A DNA stretch of 64,000 nucleotides from contig JAXJVN010000005.1 in the NCBI GenBank assembly GCA_036308545.1, positions 33,626 through 97,625 of the forward strand, written 5' to 3'. Below the pieces are notes generated by a model that was given only the letters and a program-made list of their open reading frames with translations, did no database searches and was not told the DNA's origin. Shown here piece after piece: positions 9,573 to 23,518 of this stretch. The number at the start of each line of letters is the position of its first letter. The stretch's first letter is position 1. Both the position numbers and the translations under genes were made by a program. Source of the stretch: Eubacterium sp. (GTDB taxonomy: Bacteria; Bacillota; Clostridia; Lachnospirales; Lachnospiraceae).

Positions 9573-10685
9573 TTACTGCTCGTCAAATTCCTTGGCTGTC
9601 TGGATCTCGTTGATTGCTGTGCAGTAAGGCTCAAAGGCTTTTTTAACTTCTTCCACGTCAAGTCCCAGCTGGGAACAGATATCTGTATTTACTGCTGCGA
9701 TACCGTTGTCAAAAGTCTGAACAGTTGTTTTTGCCGGATCCGCGCCGTTGGTCAGGATGTCCACGACCATATCAGCAGTAGCAACGCCAAGATTGGAATA
9801 ATCCACTCCGTATCCACAGAAAGCTCCATTCAGGGCGAAGGAATCAGCACCTGCATAATGCGGAATTCCCGCCTCTGCGAACTTGCTGTAAATGGCCAGT
9901 TCCGCAGTCATGACCGTGTTGTCTGTAGGCGTAAATACAGCGTCGACTCCTTCTGCGATCAGAGCGTTTGCCGCATCGGTAACGCCGGTTGTATCGGTTC
10001 CGGTTTTTTCAACATATTTGACGCCCTTCTGGTCCAGGAATGCTTTTGCGTCAGCAATTGCCTGCTTGCTGGAATCTTCGCTGTTGGAATAGAGAAGTCC
10101 GATATAATCCGCATCCGGGTTCTGCGCAAAGATCAGATTCATGATGGCTTTCGTATTCAGCGCATCGGAAGTTCCGGTAATATTATCCCCCGGCTCTTCC
10201 ATGCTGTTTACAAGTCCTGCTCCCACCGGGTCTGTAACGGCTGAGAAAACGACCGGAATCTTATTATCTTTTGTTGCAGCCTGCATAACCTGGGCTGTCG
10301 GAGTAGCAATCGGAATGATGACGTCCACCTTATCAGAGATCAGTTCCGACGCAATCTGCTGAAGGACCGTACCGTCCGCCTGTCCGTTATAAGTATAATC
10401 GCCATAGTCAAAGGTCACGCCCAGCTCCTTGCCCTTTGCATCCAGTTCCTTCTCCACATTCTGCTCGATCTGGTTAAGAGAAGCATCATCTACGAACTGA
10501 ACAATGCCGACCTTATATGTTTTTCCATCTGTACCTTCAGATGCTGCAGAAGTATCAGCTGCCTGGGCAGAGGATGATGCTGCAGAGGCAGACGAGGAAG
10601 CGCTTCCTCCGCATGCCGCCATAGATAAGGCCATAAGTCCTGCCGCTGCCGCTGCGATTGTTCTGGTAAGGATTGTCTTTTTCAT
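9573..10685 (-). CDS. ABC transporter substrate-binding lipoprotein (COG2984 / ABC_sub_bind type)
   Basis: Lipobox LSMAAC, a Ser/Ala-rich linker, and a periplasmic-binding fold pattern (KVGIVQFVDDASLN). Confidence 0.9.
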   Translation of the reverse strand: MKKTILTRTIAAAAAGLMALSMAACGGSASSSASAASSSAQAADTSAASEGTDGKTYKVGIVQFVDDASLNQIEQNVEKELDAKGKELGVTFDYGDYTYNGQADGTVLQQIASELISDKVDVIIPIATPTAQVMQAATKDNKIPVVFSAVTDPVGAGLVNSMEEPGDNITGTSDALNTKAIMNLIFAQNPDADYIGLLYSNSEDSSKQAIADAKAFLDQKGVKYVEKTGTDTTGVTDAANALIAEGVDAVFTPTDNTVMTAELAIYSKFAEAGIPHYAGADSFALNGAFCGYGVDYSNLGVATADMVVDILTNGADPAKTTVQTFDNGIAAVNTDICSQLGLDVEEVKKAFEPYCTAINEIQTAKEFDEQ

Positions 10686-10782
10686 TCTTTTTTCTCCTTT
10701 GCAAAATTCGGTTCCGCAAGGATGATTTTGGATGGACTTTTGGCTGCAGGCGCAGGCAGCTTATCCTGTCTTCGCCCTACAA

Positions 10783-11085
10783 CAAAAGGCTCCTGTCCCC
10801 TTCATGGGACAAGAGCCTTATAATCTCCTGCGATACCACCCATATTAACCCGGTTTCCATATATACTACCGGCTTCCCCGCCGGCCTCTTCCCGGATTCA
10901 CTCTGTTCGCACGCCATCATGTGCGCCCTGCTGATAACGGAAGGGTTCCCGTCAGATCCTACTTAGAAAAAGTCTTCTCTGTTCAGTCTGCCCTCAGAAG
11001 TCCATTCACTATACTTCCATCTGCCGCATCCCACCATGCGCGGCTCTCTTATGACTACCCGTATAGTTACTACTCTTCTTCACTG
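10783..11085 (-). promoter_or_regulatory. T-box leader with a tryptophan (UGG) specifier
   Basis: On the minus strand: AGAGTAG K-turn region, AGAGAG and GGTGGGA stem I elements, specifier loop GTGAA-TGG-AC (plus-strand cca at 11002-11004), T-box core GGGTGGTATCGCAGG (10827-10841), and terminator GGCTCTTGTCCC/GGGACAGGAGCC followed by TTTTG. Confidence 0.85.
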
Positions 11086-11095
11086 GTTTAAAGCG

Positions 11096-11124
11096 ATTAT
11101 AGTTTCGTATTTTTCATTTGTCAA
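11096..11124 (-). promoter_or_regulatory. sigma-A promoter of the T-box/ABC operon
   Basis: TTGACA, 17-nt spacer, TATAAT on the minus strand. The predicted start lies a few nt before the T-box. Confidence 0.7.
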
Positions 11125-11208
11125 TCATTTTTTTTGCTTTTCGGCATACATCAGCATGCGTCGCGTATATTTTTTGTCCTGCTGCCTTCCGCCTTCTGTC
11201 CCGGCCTG

Positions 11209-11964
11209 TCAGCCAATGACATCGGACATGTCATATAAGCCGGACTTTTTGCCGGACAGGAATTTCGCAGCGGCAATGGCTCCATTCCCGAAAATTGCTC
11301 TGGAATAAGCTGTATGCTTAAACTCAATGACTTCGTCGTTTCCGGCAAAAATCACATCGTGCACGCCGACAATGCTTCCCCCGCGGACAGAAGAGATGCC
11401 GATTTCTTTCTCATCTCTCTTCTCGGTTCTGGAAGCTCTTTCGTAAGTATAATGATAATCTCCTCCGGCTCCTTCGTTCAGGGAATCCGCCAGAGCGATT
11501 GCCGTTCCGCTCGGCGCGTCAAGCTTGCGCCTGTGATGCTCTTCCACGATTTCCATATCATACCCGGCAGGAGCCAGAAGAGCTGACGCCTGTTTTAAGA
11601 GCTTTAAGAGAAGGTTAACGCCGACCGACATATTGGCAGAGCGAAGGATTGCCGTCTGTTCGGAGCAGGCTTTGACTTTTGCAATCTGTTCCTCCGATAA
11701 TCCTGTCGTGCAAAGAACCAAAGGCATTTTCTTCTTTGCGCACCAGTCCAAAATTCCATCTACCGCGCGATAATTAGAAAAGTCAATCATAACGTCTGCT
11801 TCTGCCTTACAGTCGGCAGGATTTTTATAGACCGGATAGTCATTGCTGATGCTGTCATTCAGGTCAATTCCTGCTGCAGTTTCCGTCTCCGGATCCCGGG
11901 CAATTAAATCCGTTAAAACCCTGCCCATATGTCCATTGCAGCCGCTGAGAATAATTTTTACCAT
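11209..11964 (-). CDS. dapB: 4-hydroxy-tetrahydrodipicolinate reductase
   Basis: N-terminal GCNGHMG Rossmann motif and the EEHHRRKLDAPSGTA signature. Confidence 0.95.
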   Translation of the reverse strand: MVKIILSGCNGHMGRVLTDLIARDPETETAAGIDLNDSISNDYPVYKNPADCKAEADVMIDFSNYRAVDGILDWCAKKKMPLVLCTTGLSEEQIAKVKACSEQTAILRSANMSVGVNLLLKLLKQASALLAPAGYDMEIVEEHHRRKLDAPSGTAIALADSLNEGAGGDYHYTYERASRTEKRDEKEIGISSVRGGSIVGVHDVIFAGNDEVIEFKHTAYSRAIFGNGAIAAAKFLSGKKSGLYDMSDVIG

Positions 11965-11975
11965 TTTTCTTCCTT

Positions 11976-12869
11976 TCAGGCTTTGACTTCCAGACCAAAG
12001 TCAATCATGGCTTTCTTCAGTCTCTCTTTATTGGCTTCTTCCATTTCGCATAAGGGGCCGCGGAAAGGTCCGACCTCATACCCCATAAGATTAAGGGCAG
12101 TCTTGACCGGAATCGGATTGACTTCACAGAAGAGTGCATCAATAAGCGGCAGAGCCTTCAGCTGCATGTCACAGGCCTTCTTTGTATTGCCATTCAGATA
12201 GTTCATGACCATGTCATGCGTATATTCCGGCGCAACATTGGACAATACAGAAATAACGCCGACGCCGCCCAAAGAGCAGATTGGAACAACCTGGTCGTCA
12301 TTTCCGGAATAAAGATCGATATGGTCCCCGCAGAGCTGTTTCGTCTTTGCAATCTGAGAAATATTTCCGCTTGCAGCTTTAACAGCCACGATATTAGGTT
12401 CATTTTCTGCCAGATACTGAAGCGTTGCCGGAGCTACATTGCAGCCGGTACGGGACGGTACGTTGTAGACAATGATAGGCTTATCAATGGAACGCGCTAC
12501 CGCAGAGTAATGCGCAATCAGCCCTTTCTGGGTCGCCTTATTATAATAAGGAGTTACCACAAGACATGCGTCAACGCCGCGCTGTACTGCTCCCTGAGAC
12601 AGGTAAATGGCAGTTTCCGTACTGTTGGATCCTGTACCGGCAATAACCGGGATCCTGCCGTTAACAGTCCGGACGCAGTGCTCAATGACGTCCAGATGTT
12701 CTTCCTCCGACAGGGTAGCCGACTCACCGGTCGTGCCGCAGATTACAATAGCATCTGTCTTGCCCGCGATCTGCATTTCCAGCATTTCGTCCAGCTTGGC
12801 GTAATTAACGCTTCGATCCTCGTTCATAGGGGTAACAATCGCTACGCCTGCTCCTTCAAAAATAGCCAT
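11976..12869 (-). CDS. dapA: 4-hydroxy-tetrahydrodipicolinate synthase
   Basis: GTTGESATLS, the YNVPSRTG context and the AVKAASG Schiff-base lysine. Start taken at MAIFEG, preceded by AAAGGAGG. Confidence 0.95.
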   Translation of the reverse strand: MAIFEGAGVAIVTPMNEDRSVNYAKLDEMLEMQIAGKTDAIVICGTTGESATLSEEEHLDVIEHCVRTVNGRIPVIAGTGSNSTETAIYLSQGAVQRGVDACLVVTPYYNKATQKGLIAHYSAVARSIDKPIIVYNVPSRTGCNVAPATLQYLAENEPNIVAVKAASGNISQIAKTKQLCGDHIDLYSGNDDQVVPICSLGGVGVISVLSNVAPEYTHDMVMNYLNGNTKKACDMQLKALPLIDALFCEVNPIPVKTALNLMGYEVGPFRGPLCEMEEANKERLKKAMIDFGLEVKA

Positions 12870-12946
12870 GTTTTTTCCTCCTTTTTGTACCCGCATCCCG
12901 CTTAAGGTACGGCTGGTTCAACTGTGTGCATACAGATGACCGTTTG

Positions 12947-13217
12947 CAGAAGAACGAAAGAAGCGCCCTCCAAACAGAAGGCGCTCCAAAAGATCAACGT
13001 AAAAAGTCCGGCTTCCTTACCGGTCTCACTTCTTCCATTGAAAAAACTTTCTTCTGATAGCGCTCCATCTTGCGATGACAGTCGCCGGCTTCTTAAACCG
13101 ACGCCCAAGCAGCCGTTTCCGGTACGACCGCTTTCGGCGCAGCTTCCTTTCCCTCTGCTATCCTCTATATCCGGTATATCCTGCAAAGGTACTGATAAGG
13201 TGCGCGACCTCTATCTG
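12947..13217 (-). promoter_or_regulatory. lysine riboswitch (L-box) with terminator
   Basis: Minus-strand conserved blocks ATAGAGGTCGCG, GCCGAAAG, TGGGCGTC, ACTGTCA and TGGAGCGCTATC. They are followed by the GGAGCGCC/GGCGCTTC hairpin and a T-rich tract. Confidence 0.8.
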
Positions 13218-13226
13218 TTATGTCTG

Positions 13227-13255
13227 ATTATAGTAAGGCTCTGAATGTCTGTCAA
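13227..13255 (-). promoter_or_regulatory. sigma-A promoter of the L-box/dapAB operon
   Basis: TTGACA, 17-nt spacer, TATAAT on the minus strand, 5-10 nt upstream of the aptamer. Confidence 0.7.
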
Positions 13256-13269
13256 GAATTCAGAGCCTT
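13235..13269 (-). terminator. 12-bp hairpin downstream of rpoC that overlaps the dapA promoter -35
   Basis: AAGGCTCTGAAT / ATTCAGAGCCTT with an 11-nt loop that contains the TTGACA. There is no clean U-run on the minus strand. Confidence 0.45.
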
Positions 13270-13330
13270 ATCTTTACTTTTCTTCACGCGTTCAAGGAAC
13301 GGAAGGGACATGCCTGCATCCTGAGAGTTT

Positions 13331-17092
<3,762 letters not shown>

Positions 17093-17226
17093 GTATTTAC
17101 CCCTTTCATTCAATCTTATTTTCTGCCGTCCGCCGCAGAACGTGCAGACCTTACCCCTTTATAGGTTCTCTGTCTGCACCGCGGACGGCGGCAAGTGATG
17201 CTCGTATGAAACTTATGGTAAATCGA

Positions 17227-20200
17227 TTATTCGTCCTGATCGTCGAAGCTGCTGAGGAATTCCTTATCGTCATCTTCCTCGACACTGTAATCCTCATCGC
17301 TGCTCTCATTCAGCTCATCTTCGCTGAGGTCTTCGATGCCTTCGTCTCCTACTTTCTGCTTGGTAAATCCTGTGTCGCCGCTGAAGTCGTCCTCTTTATT
17401 AGAATAACGGTCACCTTCCATAATAGAGCGGAAGCTTGTGTTTCCGTAATCCTGGGACTCCATGATCTTGACTTCAGATCCGTCTTCTGCCTGAACACGG
17501 ACATCCAGTGCGAGTGCCTGAAGTTCCTTAAGCATAACCTTAAAGGATTCCGGAATGCCGGGTTCAGGAATATTCTCACCCTTGATAATTGCTTCGTAAG
17601 TTTTTACACGTCCGACAACATCGTCCGATTTAACAGTCAGGATTTCCTGAAGAGTATAGGCTGCGCCATAAGCCTCCAGAGCCCAGACTTCCATTTCTCC
17701 GAAACGCTGACCGCCGAACTGGGCTTTTCCTCCCAGAGGCTGCTGCGTAACCAGAGAATATGGGCCGGTAGAACGTGCATGAATCTTATCGTCTACCAGG
17801 TGATGCAGCTTGAGGTAATGCATATGGCCGATCGTAGTCGGTCCTGCGAAAGGCAGACCGGTACGTCCGTCACGGAGCTGTACTTTTCCGTCTCTCTTGA
17901 TCGGAACGCCTTTCCACAGAGCTCTGTGGTCCTTGTGCTCGTCAAGGTACTGCATGACATCCTCTCTCAAGGTGTCCTTATATTTTTCGTAGAAATCTTC
18001 CCACTCCATGTTGACATAGTCGTTTGCCAGTTCGAGGGTATCGCCGATGTCAATCTCCTTGGCTCCGTCAAAGATCGGGGTTGCGATCTTAAATCCAAGT
18101 GCCATGGCGGCAAGGCTCAAATGAATCTCCAGGACCTGTCCGATATTCATTCGGGACGGAACGCCAAGAGGATTCAATACAATGTCCAGCGGACGGCCAT
18201 TGGGCAGGTAAGGCATGTCTTCAACAGGAAGTACGCGGGATACGACACCCTTATTTCCATGACGTCCTGCCATCTTGTCTCCGACAGAGATTTTTCTCTT
18301 CTGAGCAATGTAAATGCGGACTGCCTGATTTACGCCCGGAGCCAGCTCATCGCCGTTTTCACGGGTGAAGACCCTGGCATCGACAACGATGCCATATTCG
18401 CCATGGGGAACCTTCAGAGAAGTATCGCGGACTTCTCTTGCCTTTTCTCCAAAAATAGCGCGAAGCAGTCTCTCTTCTGCTGTCAGTTCAGTCTCGCCCT
18501 TCGGTGTTACCTTTCCAACCAGGATATCTCCTGCACGGACTTCAGCACCGATGCGGATAATTCCTCTCTCATCCAGATCCTTGAGCGCATCTTCACCAAC
18601 GCCCGGAACATCTTTCGTGATTTCTTCCGGCCCCAGCTTGGTATCGCGGGCTTCTGCCTCATATTCTTCAATATGAATAGAAGTGAAGACATCGTCCTGC
18701 ACCAGCCGTTCTGACAGAAGGACTGCATCTTCATAGTTGTAGCCTTCCCAGGTCATGAATCCGATCAGCGGGTTCTTGCCAAGCGCAAGTTCTCCGCCAG
18801 AGGTAGAGGGTCCGTCTGCAATGACCGTACCAGCCTCAACGTGTTCACCTTTGTCAACAATCGGTCTCTGGTTGTAGCAGTTGGACTGATTGCTTCTCAG
18901 GAACTTGGTCAGATGATATTCGTCCCTGGTTCCGTCATCATTGTCCATGCGGATCGTAGTAGCAGATACATAGCTTACGGTTCCGGACTTCTTCGCAAGA
19001 ACGCACACGCCGGAGTCTACAGCTGCCTTCTCTTCCATACCGGTTCCGACTGCAGGAGACTCGGTAAAGAGAAGCGGAACGGCCTGACGCTGCATGTTAG
19101 ATCCCATCAGAGCACGGTTCGCATCATCATTCTGAAGGAAGGGAATCAGGCTGGTAGCAACCGAGAAGACCATCTTCGGCGAAACGTCCATATACTCGAA
19201 CATAGTACGCTCATATGCCTGCGTCTCTTCTCTGTAACGTCCGGAAACCATCTTGTTGACAAAATGTCCATCTGCGTCAAGAGGCTCGTTTGCCTGAGCA
19301 ACATGATAATTATCCTCTTCATCCGCCGCCATGTAAACAATCTCGTCTGTTACACGCGGATTATGAGGATCGGTGCGGTCCACCTTACGGTAAGGTGCCT
19401 CGACAAAACCATATTCATTAATTTTGGCATAGCTTGCAAGAGAGTTGATCAGACCGATATTAGGCCCTTCAGGGGTCTCAATCGGGCACATGCGTCCATA
19501 ATGGGTATAGTGAACATCACGTACTTCAAATCCGGCACGGTCTCTGGAAAGTCCTCCGGGCCCAAGGGCAGAAAGTCTTCTCTTATGAGTCAGCTCACCA
19601 AGCGGGTTGTTCTGGTCCATGAACTGAGACAGCTGGGAGGATCCGAAGAACTCCTTAACTGCAGCAGTTACCGGTTTAATATTAATCAGGGACTGTGCGG
19701 TAATTGTATCAGCATCCTGAGTAGTCATCCGCTCGCGAACGACACGTTCCATTCTGGAAAGGCCGATACGATACTGGTTCTGCAGAAGTTCACCGACAGA
19801 ACGAATACGACGGTTGCCCAGATGGTCGATATCGTCGTCGTTTCCGATTCCCCATTCCAGATGCATGTTATAGTTGATTGACGCAAAAATATCTTCTTTG
19901 GTGATATGCTTTGGAATCAGTTCGTGAATCCTTGCATGAATTGCTTCCTTGATATCTTCGTCCGTTTCATTCTGTTCCAGTATTTCCTTGAGAACAGGAT
20001 AATAAACCTTCTCCTTAACCTTTACCTCAGACGGATCAAAATCAACCCATGCGGAAAGTTCAACCATCATATTGGAGAGAACCTTGATATCACGGCCTTC
20101 CGATTCTGCAGATTCCAGCATGACATAAGGAATTGCCGCATTTTGAATCTGATCTGCAGTCTCACGAGTCAAAAGGGTACCCTTCTCCGCGATAATCTCT

Positions 20201-21111
20201 CCGGTCTCTGTGCTGACTGCGTCCTCAGCCAGAACATGACCTGCCAGACGATTGCGGAAGGCAAGCTTCTTGTTGAATTTATAGCGGCCTACCTTTGCCA
20301 GATCGTAGCGATGGGGGTCGAAGAACATCGCGTTGATCAGGCTCTCTGCGCTTTCCACAGCAAGCGGCTCACCGGGACGGATCTTCTTATACAGTTCCAG
20401 AAGACCTTCCTGATAGTTTGTAGAAGGATCTTTTTCAAAACTTGCAATAATCTTGGGTTCCTCACCGAAATACTCCCTGATTTCAGCATTGGTGCTGATG
20501 CCAAGAGCACGGATCAGGACTGTGATCGGAACCTTGCGCGTACGGTCGACTTTAACATAAAAGATATCATTGGAGTCTGTCTCATACTCCAGCCAGGCTC
20601 CACGGTTCGGGATGACCGTACAGGAGAACAGCTTTTTGCCCCTCTTGTCATGCTCTACTCCGTAATAGATACCGGGAGAACGTACCAGCTGGCTGACGAT
20701 TACTCGCTCAGCACCATTGATCATAAACGTTCCGGTCTCCGTCATCAGAGGCAGATCGCCCATAAAGATCTCGTGCTCGCTGATCTCGTCCTTTTCTTTA
20801 TTATAGAGGCGTACCTTTACCTTTAAGGGAGCTGCATAAGTGGCGTCTCTCTGTCTGCATTCTTCTATAGAATACTTGACGTCATCCCGGCACAGCTTGT
20901 AGTCTACCAGCTCAAGGCTGAGTTTGCCTGAACGGTCTTCGATCGGAGAAATATCATCAAAAGCTTCTCTGAGGCCCTCTCTCAGGAACCAGTCATAAGA
21001 GCTTTTCTGAACTTCGATCAAGTTCGGCATTTCCAGAACTTCCTTCTGTCTCTGGTAAGTCATACGAATGCCGCGGCCGCTGTGGATCGGACGTATCCTG
21101 TTTTTCTCCAT
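17227..21111 (-). CDS. rpoB: DNA-directed RNA polymerase subunit beta
   Basis: Conserved blocks [21 protein letters not shown] and [15 protein letters not shown]. Start taken at MEKNRIRP, preceded by AAGGGGTGA; the ORF-track start at 21276 is an extension. Confidence 0.97.
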   Translation of the reverse strand: MEKNRIRPIHSGRGIRMTYQRQKEVLEMPNLIEVQKSSYDWFLREGLREAFDDISPIEDRSGKLSLELVDYKLCRDDVKYSIEECRQRDATYAAPLKVKVRLYNKEKDEISEHEIFMGDLPLMTETGTFMINGAERVIVSQLVRSPGIYYGVEHDKRGKKLFSCTVIPNRGAWLEYETDSNDIFYVKVDRTRKVPITVLIRALGISTNAEIREYFGEEPKIIASFEKDPSTNYQEGLLELYKKIRPGEPLAVESAESLINAMFFDPHRYDLAKVGRYKFNKKLAFRNRLAGHVLAEDAVSTETGEIIAEKGTLLTRETADQIQNAAIPYVMLESAESEGRDIKVLSNMMVELSAWVDFDPSEVKVKEKVYYPVLKEILEQNETDEDIKEAIHARIHELIPKHITKEDIFASINYNMHLEWGIGNDDDIDHLGNRRIRSVGELLQNQYRIGLSRMERVVRERMTTQDADTITAQSLINIKPVTAAVKEFFGSSQLSQFMDQNNPLGELTHKRRLSALGPGGLSRDRAGFEVRDVHYTHYGRMCPIETPEGPNIGLINSLASYAKINEYGFVEAPYRKVDRTDPHNPRVTDEIVYMAADEEDNYHVAQANEPLDADGHFVNKMVSGRYREETQAYERTMFEYMDVSPKMVFSVATSLIPFLQNDDANRALMGSNMQRQAVPLLFTESPAVGTGMEEKAAVDSGVCVLAKKSGTVSYVSATTIRMDNDDGTRDEYHLTKFLRSNQSNCYNQRPIVDKGEHVEAGTVIADGPSTSGGELALGKNPLIGFMTWEGYNYEDAVLLSERLVQDDVFTSIHIEEYEAEARDTKLGPEEITKDVPGVGEDALKDLDERGIIRIGAEVRAGDILVGKVTPKGETELTAEERLLRAIFGEKAREVRDTSLKVPHGEYGIVVDARVFTRENGDELAPGVNQAVRIYIAQKRKISVGDKMAGRHGNKGVVSRVLPVEDMPYLPNGRPLDIVLNPLGVPSRMNIGQVLEIHLSLAAMALGFKIATPIFDGAKEIDIGDTLELANDYVNMEWEDFYEKYKDTLREDVMQYLDEHKDHRALWKGVPIKRDGKVQLRDGRTGLPFAGPTTIGHMHYLKLHHLVDDKIHARSTGPYSLVTQQPLGGKAQFGGQRFGEMEVWALEAYGAAYTLQEILTVKSDDVVGRVKTYEAIIKGENIPEPGIPESFKVMLKELQALALDVRVQAEDGSEVKIMESQDYGNTSFRSIMEGDRYSNKEDDFSGDTGFTKQKVGDEGIEDLSEDELNESSDEDYSVEEDDDKEFLSSFDDQDE

Positions 21112-21247
21112 TGACGTTTCACCCCTTGTGATATATATTGATGGTAACAAGTAAACGAAATACCCCTGTTTCTTATGAAAAATGCACAAGATTCTTTGCT
21201 TTTTTTCCATAAGAAAAGGCACACCATTCCAGAATAGTGCATTTTTG

Positions 21248-21276
21248 ACAATATCACAGATTGTCAAGTCTGTCAA
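21248..21276 (-). promoter_or_regulatory. candidate internal promoter ahead of rpoB
   Basis: TTGACA, 17-nt spacer, TATTGT on the minus strand. It overlaps the inverted repeat TTGACAAT-N7-ATTGTCAA. Confidence 0.45.
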
Positions 21277-21307
21277 AGACTTTTTTTAAAAAATACATAA
21301 ATTGTCT

Positions 21308-21344
21308 GAACGGGACAGATGTATCGGATACATCTGTCCCGTTC
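21308..21344. repeat. perfect 18+18 bp palindrome (REP-like element)
   Basis: GAACGGGACAGATGTATC g GATACATCTGTCCCGTTC. It shares ACAGATG...CTGTCCC with the hairpin array at 45278-45395. Confidence 0.8.
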
Positions 21345-21351
21345 GGTTCCG

Positions 21352-21392
21352 GAAAGAAAAAAAGCCCGCCGTGCGAAACTGCACAGCGGGCT
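21352..21392 (-). terminator. rplL-rpoB attenuator/terminator hairpin
   Basis: AGCCCGCTGTGC / GCACGGCGGGCT with one mismatch, followed by TTTTTTTC on the minus strand. Confidence 0.6.
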
Positions 21393-21423
21393 TTTTCTTT
21401 TCCAAATTTCAGGGAAGAAGCAA

Positions 21424-21801
21424 TTACTTGAGGGTAACCTTTGCTCCAACCTCTTCCAGTTTAGCCTTGAGTTCGTCAGCGTCAGCCTTGGAAGCCTGCT
21501 CCTTGACAACCTTCGGAGCGGAATCAACAAGATCTTTAGCTTCCTTAAGTCCAAGTCCGGTAGCCTCACGAACTGCCTTGATGACTTTAACTTTGTTGGG
21601 TCCGATCTCGGTCAGCTCAACGTCGAACTCGGTCTTCTCTTCCTCAGCAGCTCCGCCTTCAGCAGCTCCGCCTGCAACTACAACACCTGCAGCAGCGGAT
21701 ACGCCGAACTCTTCTTCGCAAGCTTTTACAAGGTCATTCAGTTCTACAACAGTCAGCTCTTTGATAGCTGCAATAAACTCTTCTGTGGTTAATTTAGCCA
21801 T
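21424..21801 (-). CDS. rplL: 50S ribosomal protein L7/L12
   Basis: Ala/Gly/Glu-rich hinge followed by [19 protein letters not shown]. Confidence 0.97.
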   Translation of the reverse strand: MAKLTTEEFIAAIKELTVVELNDLVKACEEEFGVSAAAGVVVAGGAAEGGAAEEEKTEFDVELTEIGPNKVKVIKAVREATGLGLKEAKDLVDSAPKVVKEQASKADADELKAKLEEVGAKVTLK

Positions 21802-21907
21802 TGTTTTTCTCCTTTTATAATTTTTGTTTTAAAATTTCGAAAGACATACTTTCATGTGAAAGCCATGCTTTCAGCTGTTACGAAAGATACGAACTTAAGC
21901 TGCCTTA

Positions 21908-22414
21908 TTATGCGGCTTCTCCGCCCTTCTGGTCTGCGATCTGCTGAAGTACACGAGCGAATCCGGAAATGGATCCCTTCATGCTGCCAAGAAGTCTGCC
22001 AAGAAGAACCTCCTTGCCCGGAATGGATGCCAGCTGCTGAACGCCGTTCTGATCATAATAATCACCGGTAACAACAGCAGAAACCATCTCAACCTGCGGA
22101 TTCTTCTTTGCAAAGTTTCCGATGATGCGGGCAGCTGCGGTAGCGTCATCCTTGCATACCGCGATTGCGTTGGTTCCTTCGAGATCCTTGCACAGGGGCT
22201 CGAACTCTGTTCCCTTGAATGCAAAGTTCATGAGGGTGTTCTTGTATACTTTGTATACAACGCCGCCTTCACGAAGAGTCTTTCTGAGCTCGGTATCCTG
22301 AGCGACGTTCAGGCCGCTGTAATTAACCAGCAGAACAGACTGTGCGCCGTCGATTGCCTGAGAAATCTCTTCTACGACTGACTTCTTTGCGTTTACAATT
22401 GCACTGTTAGACAT
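21908..22414 (-). CDS. rplJ: 50S ribosomal protein L10
   Basis: Position upstream of rplL and an L10-like sequence (VLLVNYSGLNVAQ). Confidence 0.95.
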   Translation of the reverse strand: MSNSAIVNAKKSVVEEISQAIDGAQSVLLVNYSGLNVAQDTELRKTLREGGVVYKVYKNTLMNFAFKGTEFEPLCKDLEGTNAIAVCKDDATAAARIIGNFAKKNPQVEMVSAVVTGDYYDQNGVQQLASIPGKEVLLGRLLGSMKGSISGFARVLQQIADQKGGEAA

Positions 22415-22620
22415 AGGTACACCTCCTTATAAGATTTTGCGTACACGCTTCATAAGAGAGGACTTGCATATAAAAAAACCATCCTGCAAGCCAAAGCAGA
22501 ATGGAATCAAAAAGCCTTATATAAATCCCGATATATAAGCTCTCATCCTCGGCAGGCGGTTCATACGCTTACGTCGTTCTCATACGGAACGGCACCTGCT
22601 GTCTTCGGCGTGAACAGATG
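22415..22620 (-). promoter_or_regulatory. probable ribosomal protein L10 leader
   Basis: A 200-nt structured 5' UTR between a good promoter and rplJ, where Firmicutes carry the L10 leader. I did not verify the motif itself. Confidence 0.5.
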
Positions 22621-22621
22621 T

Positions 22622-22651
22622 AATATAGCACTACTCTTTCCTGTATGTCAA
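22622..22651 (-). promoter_or_regulatory. sigma-A promoter of rplJ-rplL
   Basis: TTGACA, 18-nt spacer, TATATT on the minus strand. Confidence 0.6.
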
Positions 22652-22661
22652 GGCTTCTTTG

Positions 22662-22698
22662 CAAAAAAAGCTGCCGTATGATTTCCCATACGGCAGCT
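22662..22698 (-). terminator. terminator after rplA
   Basis: AGCTGCCGTATG / CATACGGCAGCT flanked by A and T runs, so it could act in both directions. Confidence 0.8.
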
Positions 22699-22723
22699 TT
22701 TTTTGACATATTGCGTCTTTGAT

Positions 22724-23416
22724 TTATCCAAGCTTCGCAGCATTTACCTTGACGCCCGGGCCCATGGTCGGAGCGAGTGTAACGCTCTTAAGGTACTGGC
22801 CTTTCAGAGTGGAAGGTCTTGCTTTTACGATAGCATTCATCAGTGCAGTGAAGTTCTCGTTGAGCTGTTCTTCTGTGAAAGAAGCTTTGCCAACCGGTAC
22901 GTGGATGATATTGCTCTTATCGAGACGGTACTCAACTTTTCCGGCTTTGATATCATGAACGGCTTTTGTGACATCCATGGTAACAGTTCCGGACTTCGGG
23001 TTCGGCATTAAGCCCTTCGGTCCGAGTACACGGCCGAGACGTCCGACAACGCTCATCATATCCGGGGTAGCAACTACTACATCGTAGTCAAACCAACCCT
23101 CGTTCTGAATCTTCGGAATCAGTTCTTCCGCTCCGACGAAATCTGCTCCCGCAGCCTTAGCCTCGTCTGCTTTTGCGTTTCTTGCAAAAACAAGGACACG
23201 GACGGTCTTGCCGGTTCCGTTAGGCAGTACAACGGCGCCACGGATCTGCTGATCTGCATGACGTCCATCACAGCCTGTACGGATATGAACTTCAATAGTC
23301 TCGTCGAACTTAGCGGTCGCTGACTTCTTGGCAAGAGCGATTGCTTCTGCCGGATCGTAAAGTGTAGCGCGCTCGATAGCTTTTGCAGCTTCTACATATT
23401 TCTTTCCGTGTTTCAT
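22724..23416 (-). CDS. rplA: 50S ribosomal protein L1
   Basis: MKHGKKY start preceded by GGAGGAAATGAA. The sequence is L1-like. Confidence 0.95.
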   Translation of the reverse strand: MKHGKKYVEAAKAIERATLYDPAEAIALAKKSATAKFDETIEVHIRTGCDGRHADQQIRGAVVLPNGTGKTVRVLVFARNAKADEAKAAGADFVGAEELIPKIQNEGWFDYDVVVATPDMMSVVGRLGRVLGPKGLMPNPKSGTVTMDVTKAVHDIKAGKVEYRLDKSNIIHVPVGKASFTEEQLNENFTALMNAIVKARPSTLKGQYLKSVTLAPTMGPGVKVNAAKLG

Positions 23417-23518
23417 TTCATTTCCTCCTGTGGTAATAGCGGGATTTTGCCCTCCCACCTAAGTAATCATCCGGTTTTAACAAGCGGAATCTGATAAATT
23501 CCTGCCGGATTTTTTTGA

